DNA from: Actinomycetota bacterium
GTDB lineage: Bacteria; Actinomycetota; Thermoleophilia; RBG-16-64-13
Direction: 5' to 3'
Assembly (NCBI GenBank): GCA_016278725.1
Contig: JADQBG010000010.1
Span: 35,984-99,983, forward strand
Length of the DNA stretch: 64,000 bases
This document shows, in pieces, positions 26,284 through 34,821 of this stretch. The notes beneath the pieces were generated by a model. That model worked only from the letters and a program-made list of their open reading frames with translations, had not been told where the DNA came from and did no database searches. The first letter of the stretch is position 1, and each line of letters opens with the position of its first letter. A program made the translations under genes and the position numbers.

Positions 26284-27383
26284 ACGACCGCACGGAACAA
26301 GAGGAAGACCTGCCCCGGCGGCGCGGCCCGGGGCGCGCCGCCCAACACGGTTACCCCGCCTTCCTGCCCCACTGCGCCGCTGCAGCGGTGGGCTCCATCC
26401 CGCACGTGGACCCGGCACGGGGTCTCGAACTCGTCCTGCGCTACACCCCGGAAATCCCCACATGGCCGCAGCTCCCCCGTCGCGACCTGCGGGAGGGTTT
26501 CTACGCCCAATTTCTGGAGGGACTTCCCGGCCTCGAACTCGACCGCGAGGCGGAGCGCCTGTGGGTGGGAGATCCCGACCCCGATGAATTCGAGCGCTTC
26601 AACGAAGCCCTGGAGGCCGACGATCTCGAGGCCTTCGCCATCAGCGAGGAGGCGGCCGCCACCCTGCCTCTGCTCCTGAGGAGTCTGGAGCAGTCGAGCC
26701 CTCCCTTCGTGAAAGGTCAGGTTACCGGCCCGATTTCGCTGGCCCTCGGGGTAACCTTCGCCGACCGTAGAGCGCTGCTGCACGATCCCACCTACAGAGA
26801 GATCATCGGCGCGCTGGTCAGCCGCAAGGCGCGGTGGCAGGAGGGCCTCTTCCTGCAGGCGGCGCCGGCCTCACTCCCTTTGATCGTTTTTGACGAGCCG
26901 TTCCTGACCCAGCTGGGCTCGGCCTTCGTCTCCATGCCCGAGGACGTGGCCCTGCCCCTACTCGAGGAGTGCCTGACCGCGGTCGAGTGTCTTCGCGGTG
27001 TCCATGTCTGCGGGGGCACCGACTGGGAGCGCGTCGCGCAGTTGCCGCTGGACCTCTTGAACTTCGACGCGGCCGGGCACATGGAGGCGATACTGGCCAA
27101 CCGCGAGGCGGTCGCGGCCTTCGTCGCCGAGGGCGGCCTGCTGATGTGGGGCATCGTACCCACCGATGAAAGCGCGCTGACCCTGGACCCCGCGGCGCTG
27201 GGAGCTCGGGTGCGGGCGGCGGCGGCGGAGCTCGCCGCCGCCGGAAGCCTCTCCTTGGAGCAGGTGCTCGCCGCGTCCTTCGTCTCGCCGGCCTGCGGCA
27301 CGGGCACCCTGACTATCGAAGTAGCCGAGGCCTGCTTCCGCCGCACCGCCGAGACCAGCGCCTGGCTTCGCGCTTCGGTCTGA
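26274..27383 (+). CDS. MetE/UroD-superfamily Zn-dependent methyltransferase-like protein (cobalamin-independent methionine synthase C-terminal-domain-like, or MtaA-like)
   Basis: ~370 aa TIM-barrel-like protein with VFDEPFLTQ ... HVCGGTDW (His-x-Cys) and a distal SPACGTG Cys, a Zn-ligand spacing consistent with MetE C-domain/UroD-family methyltransferases. GTG at 26274 with AAGGAGG SD 5 nt upstream, overlapping the TGase stop. Confidence 0.5.
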   Translation: MAINDRTEQEEDLPRRRGPGRAAQHGYPAFLPHCAAAAVGSIPHVDPARGLELVLRYTPEIPTWPQLPRRDLREGFYAQFLEGLPGLELDREAERLWVGDPDPDEFERFNEALEADDLEAFAISEEAAATLPLLLRSLEQSSPPFVKGQVTGPISLALGVTFADRRALLHDPTYREIIGALVSRKARWQEGLFLQAAPASLPLIVFDEPFLTQLGSAFVSMPEDVALPLLEECLTAVECLRGVHVCGGTDWERVAQLPLDLLNFDAAGHMEAILANREAVAAFVAEGGLLMWGIVPTDESALTLDPAALGARVRAAAAELAAAGSLSLEQVLAASFVSPACGTGTLTIEVAEACFRRTAETSAWLRASV

Positions 27384-27387
27384 GCGC

Positions 27388-28011
27388 TTGGCCGAGGAAC
27401 GCTTGACCCTCTCCCGCGCCGACGCACCGGCGGCCGCCTCGGTGCTCTCGATGCTGTTTCAACCGCTCTTGACGGGGACCTACCTGCTGGTCGTGATGTC
27501 CCTGCTCACCGCTTCCTCGCTCGCGCAGGCGGCGATCTGGGCTCTGGTGACCGTTGGGTTGACGGTGGTCATGCCCACGCTCGACCTCCTCTACCGGCTG
27601 CGTTCTCGGCGCATCACCGACTTCCAAATCATGCTTCGGACCGAACGCTTGGCCCCATTGCTCGTCACCCTGACCTGGGCCGGGATCGCGCTTGTCGCGG
27701 CCCTGATCTTCGCCGCGCCCTCGGGCGTGACCGTCGCTCTAAGCGTCGCCTTCGTCAACGGTGTGGTACTCATCTCCATTACCTACTGGTGGAAGATCAG
27801 CTTCCACACGGCCACGCTCACCGCCTCCGTCCTGGTGCTCGCCCAACAACTCGGCCAGGTCGCCCTGCTGGGTTTTCTGCTGGTGCTGGCGGTGGGCTGG
27901 TCGCGCGTCCGGCTGGGCCGGCACACGGCCGCCCAGGTGCTCGCGGGGATCGCGGTGTCCCTGCTGGCAACCTCGGCAGTACTGACTTTTCTGACCGCCC
28001 GAAACATGTAG
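27388..28011 (+). CDS. PAP2-family membrane phosphatase
   Basis: 6 TM helices with PAP2 motifs (KISFHTA ... SRVRLGRHTAAQVLAG). Confidence 0.7.
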   Translation: MAEERLTLSRADAPAAASVLSMLFQPLLTGTYLLVVMSLLTASSLAQAAIWALVTVGLTVVMPTLDLLYRLRSRRITDFQIMLRTERLAPLLVTLTWAGIALVAALIFAAPSGVTVALSVAFVNGVVLISITYWWKISFHTATLTASVLVLAQQLGQVALLGFLLVLAVGWSRVRLGRHTAAQVLAGIAVSLLATSAVLTFLTARNM

Positions 28012-28020
28012 AATGGTTTT

Positions 28021-28263
28021 ATGAGTAAGCCACGAAAGAGCTCTCGTCGTCCAAACCGGCTCCCCGCATTCGACTCCGAACGCTGCAAGGAGTGTGGGAT
28101 CTGCATCCACTTCTGCCCGAAGGGAGCGCTCGAGATGAGCGAAGAGGGTGTGCCTAGGCTCGTGGATTCGGAGGCGTGCAACGCCTGCCGTCAGTGCGAG
28201 TTGATGTGCCCGGATTTCGCCGTCGAACTGCGGGACCTGCTCGAGGAGGACTCGGACTCCTAG
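28021..28263 (+). CDS. 2x[4Fe-4S] ferredoxin
   Basis: 80 aa with two CxxCxxCxxxCP motifs (CKECGICIHFCP and CNACRQCELMCP). Confidence 0.8.
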   Translation: MSKPRKSSRRPNRLPAFDSERCKECGICIHFCPKGALEMSEEGVPRLVDSEACNACRQCELMCPDFAVELRDLLEEDSDS

Positions 28264-28309
28264 GGTTCCCGGCGGAGCCCACTTTGGACCCCCGCCCTCC
28301 CGGCCGGCC

Positions 28310-29311
28310 CTAGGCTGCCTCGTCCTCGAAGTCTTCACCTGCTTCTCCCGGAGTGCTGTCCGGGGTGCTCTCCGCCGTGCTCTCCGGCGTGCCGCCCGGG
28401 GCGCCGTCCGGGGCGCCGTCTGAGGCGCCGTCCGGGGCGCCGGCGACTGTCCGCGTCCGCTCTGCCGCTTCCCGCTCCTCGGCCAAGGCCCGATCGACCG
28501 CCGCGTAATGCAGATAGCCGCCCTTGTGCAGAATGCTGTCCCCCAGGTCGGGGTCCGTCTGCATCGATCCCACGCAGGGAAAGCTGTGCCAGTACTTGGC
28601 CACCACTCGCTCGTTCAGGTCCGGGCCGATCTTCTGCCCGGCCAGGTTGTAGGCGACGTAGTAGGTGTTACCGCAGGGCGCGCTGCGCAGCACGCGCGCC
28701 TCGCGAATCACCCCGTCGCGGCTCTCCACGGTGATCTGCGGCCGGCCGATGCGGTACTCCTCCTGAAAGTCGGCGATCACCTTCTGTCCCTCCCCGGCGT
28801 GGAGATCGCAGGCGGGTTTGGGGAAGGCGCACTCCAGACCCAACTCGGCGCAGCGGCGGGCGGCCTGCCGCACTACCCCGGCTGTATACCAGGCGGTGTC
28901 GTCCTGGGGAACGATCATGGCGCTTCCCCCCGAGCGATGGATCAGGTCGGGCAGGCTCAGAAGCAAATCCTCGTGCACGTTGACCACCAGAGCAAGGTCG
29001 TGCTCCTCCACCGTCTCCGGCAGGAAGTCGAAGGGCTCGTCTATGTACATGGGCAGCCGGGCGGGGAGTTGGAGCAGGCCCACGATGTCTTGGGCGAATT
29101 GAATGGGGTACTGGTCGCGGCAGTGCTCGCAGAAGTCCGCACATCCGGTGCAGAGGGCGGGGTCATTCGTCAGATGCATGAGCACCCTTTGAGCGAAGGC
29201 GTCGTCATACGGCCGGGTGAACGCGGCGGGCACTGCCGATTCCACCGTTTCGTCGCCTGAGAAAACAAAAAAGAGCCTCACGCTCTGTCCCTTCCTCCCG
29301 AGAGACCACAA
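28310..29311 (-). CDS. Cys-rich conserved hypothetical protein (possibly COG1810/DUF166-like metal-binding), with acidic Ala/Pro/Asp/Gly repeat tail
   Basis: N-terminal CTGCADFCEHC cluster plus further conserved Cys (CAFPKPAC, PCGNTYY, FPCVGSM). C-terminal APDGASDGAPDGAPGG encoded by 12-nt tandem repeats (28370-28450). The family assignment is tentative; the start could be at the internal MHLTNDP. Confidence 0.45.
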   Translation of the reverse strand: MWSLGRKGQSVRLFFVFSGDETVESAVPAAFTRPYDDAFAQRVLMHLTNDPALCTGCADFCEHCRDQYPIQFAQDIVGLLQLPARLPMYIDEPFDFLPETVEEHDLALVVNVHEDLLLSLPDLIHRSGGSAMIVPQDDTAWYTAGVVRQAARRCAELGLECAFPKPACDLHAGEGQKVIADFQEEYRIGRPQITVESRDGVIREARVLRSAPCGNTYYVAYNLAGQKIGPDLNERVVAKYWHSFPCVGSMQTDPDLGDSILHKGGYLHYAAVDRALAEEREAAERTRTVAGAPDGASDGAPDGAPGGTPESTAESTPDSTPGEAGEDFEDEAA

Positions 29312-29432
29312 GACCGACGGATAGCCGGCCCTTCAGCTCGGGCACTTTCCGAAAAAACGAAACCCCGAACGCCGAACCCGAGCGGCTTGCGCGGCCGGCC
29401 GGACGAGCTTCCCCAACAGGGCTGGAGTTTCC

Positions 29433-29460
29433 ACTGTCTATGTAGTATAAAGTAGGCAGA
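29433..29460 (+). promoter_or_regulatory. Inverted repeat / AT-rich promoter-operator candidate upstream of ArsR-like regulator
   Basis: CTGTCTA-TGTAGTATAAAGTA-GGCAGAG: 7-bp arms (1 mismatch) flanking an unusually AT-rich TATAAAGT -10-like core, ~35 nt upstream of the regulator GTG start. Lies in the divergent region shared with the Cys-rich protein gene. Confidence 0.4.
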
Positions 29461-29493
29461 GGGAGCTGTCAAAAACGAAGGGACCGACCAAGG

Positions 29494-30240
29494 GTGACCA
29501 GAAACGACCCGAGCGAGCGGCAAAGCAACCACGGAATTCTGACCGTAGACGAGACCCTGGACGTCACCAACGCTCTCGGCGATCCCACCCGTTTTGGCAT
29601 CTACCGCACGATCGTCGACGCCGCAGGCGAGGCGGTCACCGTGTCCGACGTGGCGGCAACCTTCTCTCTGCACCCCAACGTGGCCCGCATGCACCTGCAG
29701 AAATTGGTCGACGTGGGCCTCGTCGAAGTCGATGCGCGCAAGTCCCCCACCGGAGGACGGCCCGCCCGCATCTACCGTCTGGGGAATCGCGTGGCCGACA
29801 TCCATTTTCCCCCGCGCGACTACCGTCTGCTTGCCGGTCTGGCCTTGAAAGTGGTGGAAACCCTCGCCGTGGAAGAACCCGAGGTGCTGGAACGGACCGG
29901 CTATGAGATGGGCCGGGAACAGGCGCGCGAGGCACTCAGGCGGGGGCGGCCGGCACAGTCCGAAGACCCGGAGGCCATGATCTCCGAGCTACGCGACCTG
30001 TGCTCCTCGTTGGGCCTCTACCCCCGGATCGAACGAAGCGACGATGGGCGCCTGGAGATCGAGATCCGCAACTGCGTGTTCAAAGAGCTCTCCAGCCGGC
30101 ATCCGGATCTGGTCTGCACGCTGCACACGGCAATGCTCAGGGGAATCCTGGAGAGCTTCATCGAAGAGTTCGAAGTCGAGGCCAGTCCCGCCATCTGCGC
30201 CGGCCAAAAAGCCTGCCGCTTCGCGGTAACCGGTATCTAA
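29494..30240 (+). CDS. ArsR/DeoR-type wHTH transcriptional regulator with C-terminal Cys-containing sensor domain (SufR-like candidate Fe-S cluster regulator)
   Basis: N-terminal wHTH (ALGDPTRFGIYRTIVDAAGEAVTVSDVAATFSLHPNVARMHLQKLVDVGLVEV). C-terminal domain with four Cys (NCVFKEL ... LVCTLH ... AICAGQKACRF). Lies directly upstream of iscS-iscU-like genes. Confidence 0.55.
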   Translation: MTRNDPSERQSNHGILTVDETLDVTNALGDPTRFGIYRTIVDAAGEAVTVSDVAATFSLHPNVARMHLQKLVDVGLVEVDARKSPTGGRPARIYRLGNRVADIHFPPRDYRLLAGLALKVVETLAVEEPEVLERTGYEMGREQAREALRRGRPAQSEDPEAMISELRDLCSSLGLYPRIERSDDGRLEIEIRNCVFKELSSRHPDLVCTLHTAMLRGILESFIEEFEVEASPAICAGQKACRFAVTGI

Positions 30241-30357
30241 AAGCCACCGGCGTGGCCTGACCGCCAAGAAACACACCGAGCCGGGAGATTGAAAGAGACG
30301 AACGGGAGCGATATTCATAGCAGTCCGGCGATTTCCGAAAGAACCGAGGAGCCTCGG

Positions 30358-31533
30358 ATGCAACTGGAACACATGATTTACATGGATCACGCCGCCACGA
30401 CACCGACCGACGCGCGCGTGGCCGACGCCATGGAACCTTGGGTGCGCGAGCAGTACGGCAACCCCTCCACGCTCTATACCATCGGCGGCTACGCCGCGCG
30501 CGCGATCGAAGAGGCCCGTGCCACCATCGCTGAATTCCTCGGGGCACAACCCGACGAGATCTTCTTCACCAGCGGCGGCACCGAATCGGACAATTGGGCG
30601 CTCAAAGGCGCGGCCGACGCCCACCGCAAGAGGGGCCGGCACCTGATCACCACCACCATCGAACACCATGCCGTGATCGACACGATGGAGTTCCTGGAGA
30701 AGCGCGGTTACGAGGTGACCCGGGTACCGGTCGATTCCCGAGGGATCGTCGATCCCGACGACGTGCGCAAGGCCCTGCGCGATGACACCATACTCGTCTC
30801 GGTGATGCACGCGAACAACGAGGTCGGCAGCATCCAGCCCATCGCCGAGATCAGCGAGTTGGTCAAAGACAGCGATGCCCTCTTCCACACCGATGCCGTG
30901 CAGTCCGTGGGCAAGATTCCCGTCGATGTCAATCAGCTGGGGGTCAATCTGCTTTCCCTCAGCGGTCACAAGATCTACGGGCCCAAGGGAGTGGGCGCCC
31001 TCTTCATCAGAAAGCGCACCCGGATCACCCCGCTGCTTCATGGGGGCGGGCAGGAGCGCCGCCGGCGCGCGGGCACTCAGAACGTACCCGGAATCATCGG
31101 CCTGGCGAAGGCCATAGAACTCGCCGCCGAGAGTCGGGAGAGCGAGGCGGAGCGTGAGCGGGCGCTGGTCGAGCGCATGTGGACAGGTCTGCAGGAGCGG
31201 ATCCCCGATATGGCCCTGAACGGACCAGAGGATCCCAGTCTGCGTCTGCCCGGGATGATCAACTTCCGGGTGGAAGGCATCGAGGGAGAGGCCATGATCC
31301 TCTGCCTGGACATGAACCGGGTGGGGGTCTCCTCGGGTTCTGCCTGCACCACGGGGTCGCTCGATCCCAGTCACGTGTTGCTGGCAATGGGCATCCCCGC
31401 CGAGTTGGCGCACGGCAGTCTGCGCATCAGCCTGGGCCGGGACAATACCGAGACCGACGTGGACTATTTCGTGGACGTCTTCGCCCCGGTGGTGAAACGT
31501 CTAAGGGACATGTCCCCGGTCTACGACAAGTGA
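30358..31533 (+). CDS. iscS: Cysteine desulfurase (NifS/IscS group I)
   Basis: MIYMDHAATTP ... SGHKIYGPKGVGALFIRK (PLP Lys) ... SSGSACTTGS (active-site Cys loop). The start could be M at 30358 or 30373; the ORF-track start at 30289 is less likely. Confidence 0.85.
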   Translation: MQLEHMIYMDHAATTPTDARVADAMEPWVREQYGNPSTLYTIGGYAARAIEEARATIAEFLGAQPDEIFFTSGGTESDNWALKGAADAHRKRGRHLITTTIEHHAVIDTMEFLEKRGYEVTRVPVDSRGIVDPDDVRKALRDDTILVSVMHANNEVGSIQPIAEISELVKDSDALFHTDAVQSVGKIPVDVNQLGVNLLSLSGHKIYGPKGVGALFIRKRTRITPLLHGGGQERRRRAGTQNVPGIIGLAKAIELAAESRESEAERERALVERMWTGLQERIPDMALNGPEDPSLRLPGMINFRVEGIEGEAMILCLDMNRVGVSSGSACTTGSLDPSHVLLAMGIPAELAHGSLRISLGRDNTETDVDYFVDVFAPVVKRLRDMSPVYDK

Positions 31534-31633
31534 GCCCGCGTACGCGGTGGTTCTCGCGGGAACATAGTCAGACAGCAAGCGAGCAAGGGGCATTCCCCTT
31601 GAGCTCCCACCCAGGGGTGGGAAGGAGGTCTAC

Positions 31634-32014
31634 GTGTATACCGAGAAGGTGATGGATCACTTTCGCAATCCTCGGAACATGGGCGTGATCGAAGACGCCG
31701 ATGGCATCGGCGAGGTGGGCAACCCCACCTGCGGCGACATGATGCGGATCACCATCAAGGTCAAAGAGGACCGGCTGGATGATGTGAAGTTTCAGACTCT
31801 GGGCTGCGGCGCCGCAGTCGCCACCTCCAGCATCGTCACCGAGATGGCCAAGGGCAAGACGCTGGACGAAGCGATGGACATCACCAACAAGTCTGTGGCC
31901 GAAGAGCTCGGAGGATTGCCGGCCAACAAGATGCACTGCTCGAACTTGGCCGCGGACGGTCTTCAGGAAGCGATCAAGGATTACCGCTCGAAGAAGGGCG
32001 GCGGAGAAGGCTAA
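31634..32014 (+). CDS. iscU: Fe-S cluster scaffold protein (IscU/NifU N-terminal domain type)
   Basis: YTEKVMDHFRNPRNMG ... GNPTCGDMMRI ... FQTLGCGAAVA ... KMHCSNLAADGL (three conserved Cys, LPPVK-equivalent region). Confidence 0.85.
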   Translation: MYTEKVMDHFRNPRNMGVIEDADGIGEVGNPTCGDMMRITIKVKEDRLDDVKFQTLGCGAAVATSSIVTEMAKGKTLDEAMDITNKSVAEELGGLPANKMHCSNLAADGLQEAIKDYRSKKGGGEG

Positions 32015-32017
32015 GAC

Positions 32018-32053
32018 GCTGACCGGGCGCCGGAGAACCGGCGCCCGGTCAGC
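32018..32053. terminator. Perfect 16-bp GC-rich hairpin between convergent genes (bidirectional terminator candidate)
   Basis: GCTGACCGGGCGCCGG-AGAA-CCGGCGCCCGGTCAGC immediately after the iscU stop and 15 nt beyond the stop of the convergent MeTr-like gene. No strong U-tract. Confidence 0.6.
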
Positions 32054-32067
32054 CTCGCGTTTCGAAC

Positions 32068-32874
32068 CTACTTGATCTCCGCGTCAGACACGGAGTAGAG
32101 CGACTCGTTCCGCAGGGCGCGGATCAGCCGGATATCCCTCATCACCGCGGGATCGGTCACGTCGACCATCGCCGCGTCCAATCCGAGAGCTCCCAGCATG
32201 GCCATCATCGTGCGGTTGATGGGCGAGTGCAGCTCCTGCGGCGCGCCCGCCGACAGATAATCGACTCCCGCGATGGTCTTGACCGGCGGGTTGTCGTAGA
32301 GGGAGGGGATCCGCTTCATCGTCTCCATGACCGCACGCGCATGCTCCTGGGCGTCCGGGCCGGAGAGATGGATCACCACCGGATCGACAAAGATCATATC
32401 GGCGGTCAGACCGGCCGCCAGCGCAGCGTCGACCAGTTCGGCAGCCAGCGAGGCCCGCTCGTCGGGATCCAGAGGGGGACCGTTGTGGCCGATCGTCGGC
32501 AGGATGACCTCGAATCCGCGCTCCGCCGCGAAGGGAAGCAGTTTGTCCTTGACTTCCTGCGGCTTGGCCGACTGAACGAAGTAAGTGTTGATGATCGGCT
32601 TCTGCGCGCACTTCTCCGCCGCCGCCATGATGGCTTCCGAGGAGTGAGCATCCAGGCTGATCTGCTTCTTGCTCACCGCCTGGACCTGCTCCACCAGCCA
32701 GGGAAGCACCTCGATGGATTCCCCGTTCATGGGGCCGAGATTCAGATCGATGACGTCGGCGCCGGCATTGTCCACCCGGTGAGCGAGTTCCCGGATCGAG
32801 CCGCCGTCACGCTTCTCTATCGCTTTGGCCACGTGGCTGTAGGCCACGTTGATGTTGTCAGAAACCACCAGCAT
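32068..32874 (-). CDS. Pterin-binding-domain protein (DHPS-like TIM barrel), methyltetrahydrofolate:corrinoid methyltransferase (MeTr/AcsE/MtrH)-like
   Basis: 268 aa. N-terminal LVVSDNINVAY (cf. IGERINPTG of MeTr), DHPS-like barrel blocks (ADVIDLNLGP ... IINTYFV ... DPVV). Lacks the DHPS GxxNVTPDSFSDGG signature. Confidence 0.5.
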   Translation of the reverse strand: MLVVSDNINVAYSHVAKAIEKRDGGSIRELAHRVDNAGADVIDLNLGPMNGESIEVLPWLVEQVQAVSKKQISLDAHSSEAIMAAAEKCAQKPIINTYFVQSAKPQEVKDKLLPFAAERGFEVILPTIGHNGPPLDPDERASLAAELVDAALAAGLTADMIFVDPVVIHLSGPDAQEHARAVMETMKRIPSLYDNPPVKTIAGVDYLSAGAPQELHSPINRTMMAMLGALGLDAAMVDVTDPAVMRDIRLIRALRNESLYSVSDAEIK

Positions 32875-33006
32875 GCGCGCCCTCCCCTTGAATTGCTCTC
32901 CGATTTCGCGGTCCGTCCAGGCCTCAACAGAAGACCCAGGCGATAACCCTATCCCTTATACCCCGAACCTTGCAGTCCACTCAAGGGAACGGCCGGACCA
33001 AGAAGC

Positions 33007-34692
33007 CTAGACCTGCAGCAGGCTCCGCGCCTTGAGCCCCAGACTGAGCCTCTCCTTGTCCTCGCTGCGAAAGACCGACAGCCCGGTTAGGTCGGCCACC
33101 TTCTGCAGCCGGTAGCGTATCGTGTGCCGGTGGGCGTAGAGGTCCTTGGCCGTCTGAGAGAGGTTCTCGTTGTTGGCGAGATAGGTGCTGAGCGTATTCA
33201 GCAACTGGCTATCGTTCTGCTTGTCGTAACGTTCGATGGGATCGATGGTCTCGAGGAACAACGAACGCAGCTCCTCGGGGTCGTGCTCCCAAATGCTGAG
33301 CAGCAACTTGTACGAACCCACGCTATCGAACTGCATCAAGCTGCCCCGGCCCTGCAGCTTCCTTCCCACCTTCAGCGCCGCCAGGGCCTCCTCGAAGGCC
33401 TTGCGCAGACCGCTGAGATCATCGGTGTGCCGGCTTACCCCGATGGAGATCGATAGGTCGGCGACCTCCCGGCCCAGAGCCTGCATCCGCGTCGTGATCT
33501 GATCGAGGCCCCGCGGCTCCCGGGATGCCGTTCCGGTGAGAAAAACGATCACGCGGTCGGATTTCAAGCTCACCAATGAGCCGGGTTCGATCTCAGCCAC
33601 CGCCCGGGTGCAGCGGTTGAAGAAACGGGCTTTGAGCCTCTGCACGTCGCTCTCCGACAGTTTGCGTTCGACCATGGTCTGCTCGAAATCATCGACGTCG
33701 GCGACCACCACGGTGGAACCCCGGCTGAGGTCGCAGCCAAGGAAGCTCGCACGGCGCAGAATAGAGGCCTCGCTGCTGAAACGGCCGCCGATCAGATCAT
33801 CGACGAAGTCCCCCTTGAGCCGCACCTCGGTCTCGAACCTGACCTGGTCGCGGGCCATCTCCACCGCAGCGATGGTCGCGGCGTGCTCCAGGGCCACCCG
33901 CTCCATCTCCTCGAGTTCGGGACGCTCGTTGATCGTGCCCACGTATCCCAGACAGGAGCGGCTGACCACGATCGGCACCACAAACAGCGGCGGTACGCCC
34001 TTCTCCACCAGGTGCAAAACGCGGCTGGGGTACTTGGCCAGCTCCTCGAACTGGCTGCGCACCGATTTGCTGTCGAGTAACCGGTGGAGGTCGGACTCCG
34101 GCCAGGGGAAGTCGGCAGAGGTTCCGAGCGGCTCCAGCGATACATCCAAGACCAGCACCGGGCGATCGATCACCCGTGAAGCCGCGCTCGCCACCTCGCC
34201 CCATCCACCGCCTTCGATGACCACGTCGAGCAATTGCCGATGGATCTCCTGCGATTTCTCGAGCAAAGAGGCCTGCCGATTGATCAGAACCTCCATCGCC
34301 TCCTGCATGATGCGGGTCCAGCGAATCTCCTGAGGGACCTCGACGATTGGGAATTTCCGCTTGTCGGCGATCTCCAGCACGTCCGGGGGGAAAGCCCCCA
34401 CGAAGCGCTTGGGTTTGACGAAAAGGGCGGAGGCCCCCGCCGCCATGATCCGGCGGCAGAAGTCCCGCTGCCGGTCCACGTCGTTCGTCAGGGCGAACAT
34501 CGTCGAGAGCACGATCTCGCCCCCCGAGAGCCAGTCGGCAATATCGGGCACCTCGCCGACCGTCACCGACGTGACCGCCCGCTGGAGCCCTGCCCCGCCC
34601 GCCAGAATGCGGGCCTGAGACAGGGCTCCCAGCTTGAGAATCTGCTCTACCGATACGGACATAACGCTCCCCAAAGCGGCCGACTCGGACAT
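33007..34692 (-). CDS. PucR/CdaR-family transcriptional regulator
   Basis: N-terminal PucR-type (purine catabolism regulator-like) domain, GGDEF-like middle region, and a C-terminal PucR HTH (TAKDLYAHRHTIRYRLQKVADLTGLSVFRSED). Confidence 0.75.
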   Translation of the reverse strand: MSESAALGSVMSVSVEQILKLGALSQARILAGGAGLQRAVTSVTVGEVPDIADWLSGGEIVLSTMFALTNDVDRQRDFCRRIMAAGASALFVKPKRFVGAFPPDVLEIADKRKFPIVEVPQEIRWTRIMQEAMEVLINRQASLLEKSQEIHRQLLDVVIEGGGWGEVASAASRVIDRPVLVLDVSLEPLGTSADFPWPESDLHRLLDSKSVRSQFEELAKYPSRVLHLVEKGVPPLFVVPIVVSRSCLGYVGTINERPELEEMERVALEHAATIAAVEMARDQVRFETEVRLKGDFVDDLIGGRFSSEASILRRASFLGCDLSRGSTVVVADVDDFEQTMVERKLSESDVQRLKARFFNRCTRAVAEIEPGSLVSLKSDRVIVFLTGTASREPRGLDQITTRMQALGREVADLSISIGVSRHTDDLSGLRKAFEEALAALKVGRKLQGRGSLMQFDSVGSYKLLLSIWEHDPEELRSLFLETIDPIERYDKQNDSQLLNTLSTYLANNENLSQTAKDLYAHRHTIRYRLQKVADLTGLSVFRSEDKERLSLGLKARSLLQV

Positions 34693-34821
34693 TGCTCCAA
34701 ATGCTACTCTCCCATTATAGGTGGTACTGGACGAAAGTCCTTGTACACCTGTACTACTCCGCCGGCCGCTGGGGCTACACTTGTATTAGGACAGACTGCG
34801 CCTCCGGGGGTCGTCGCGCCC

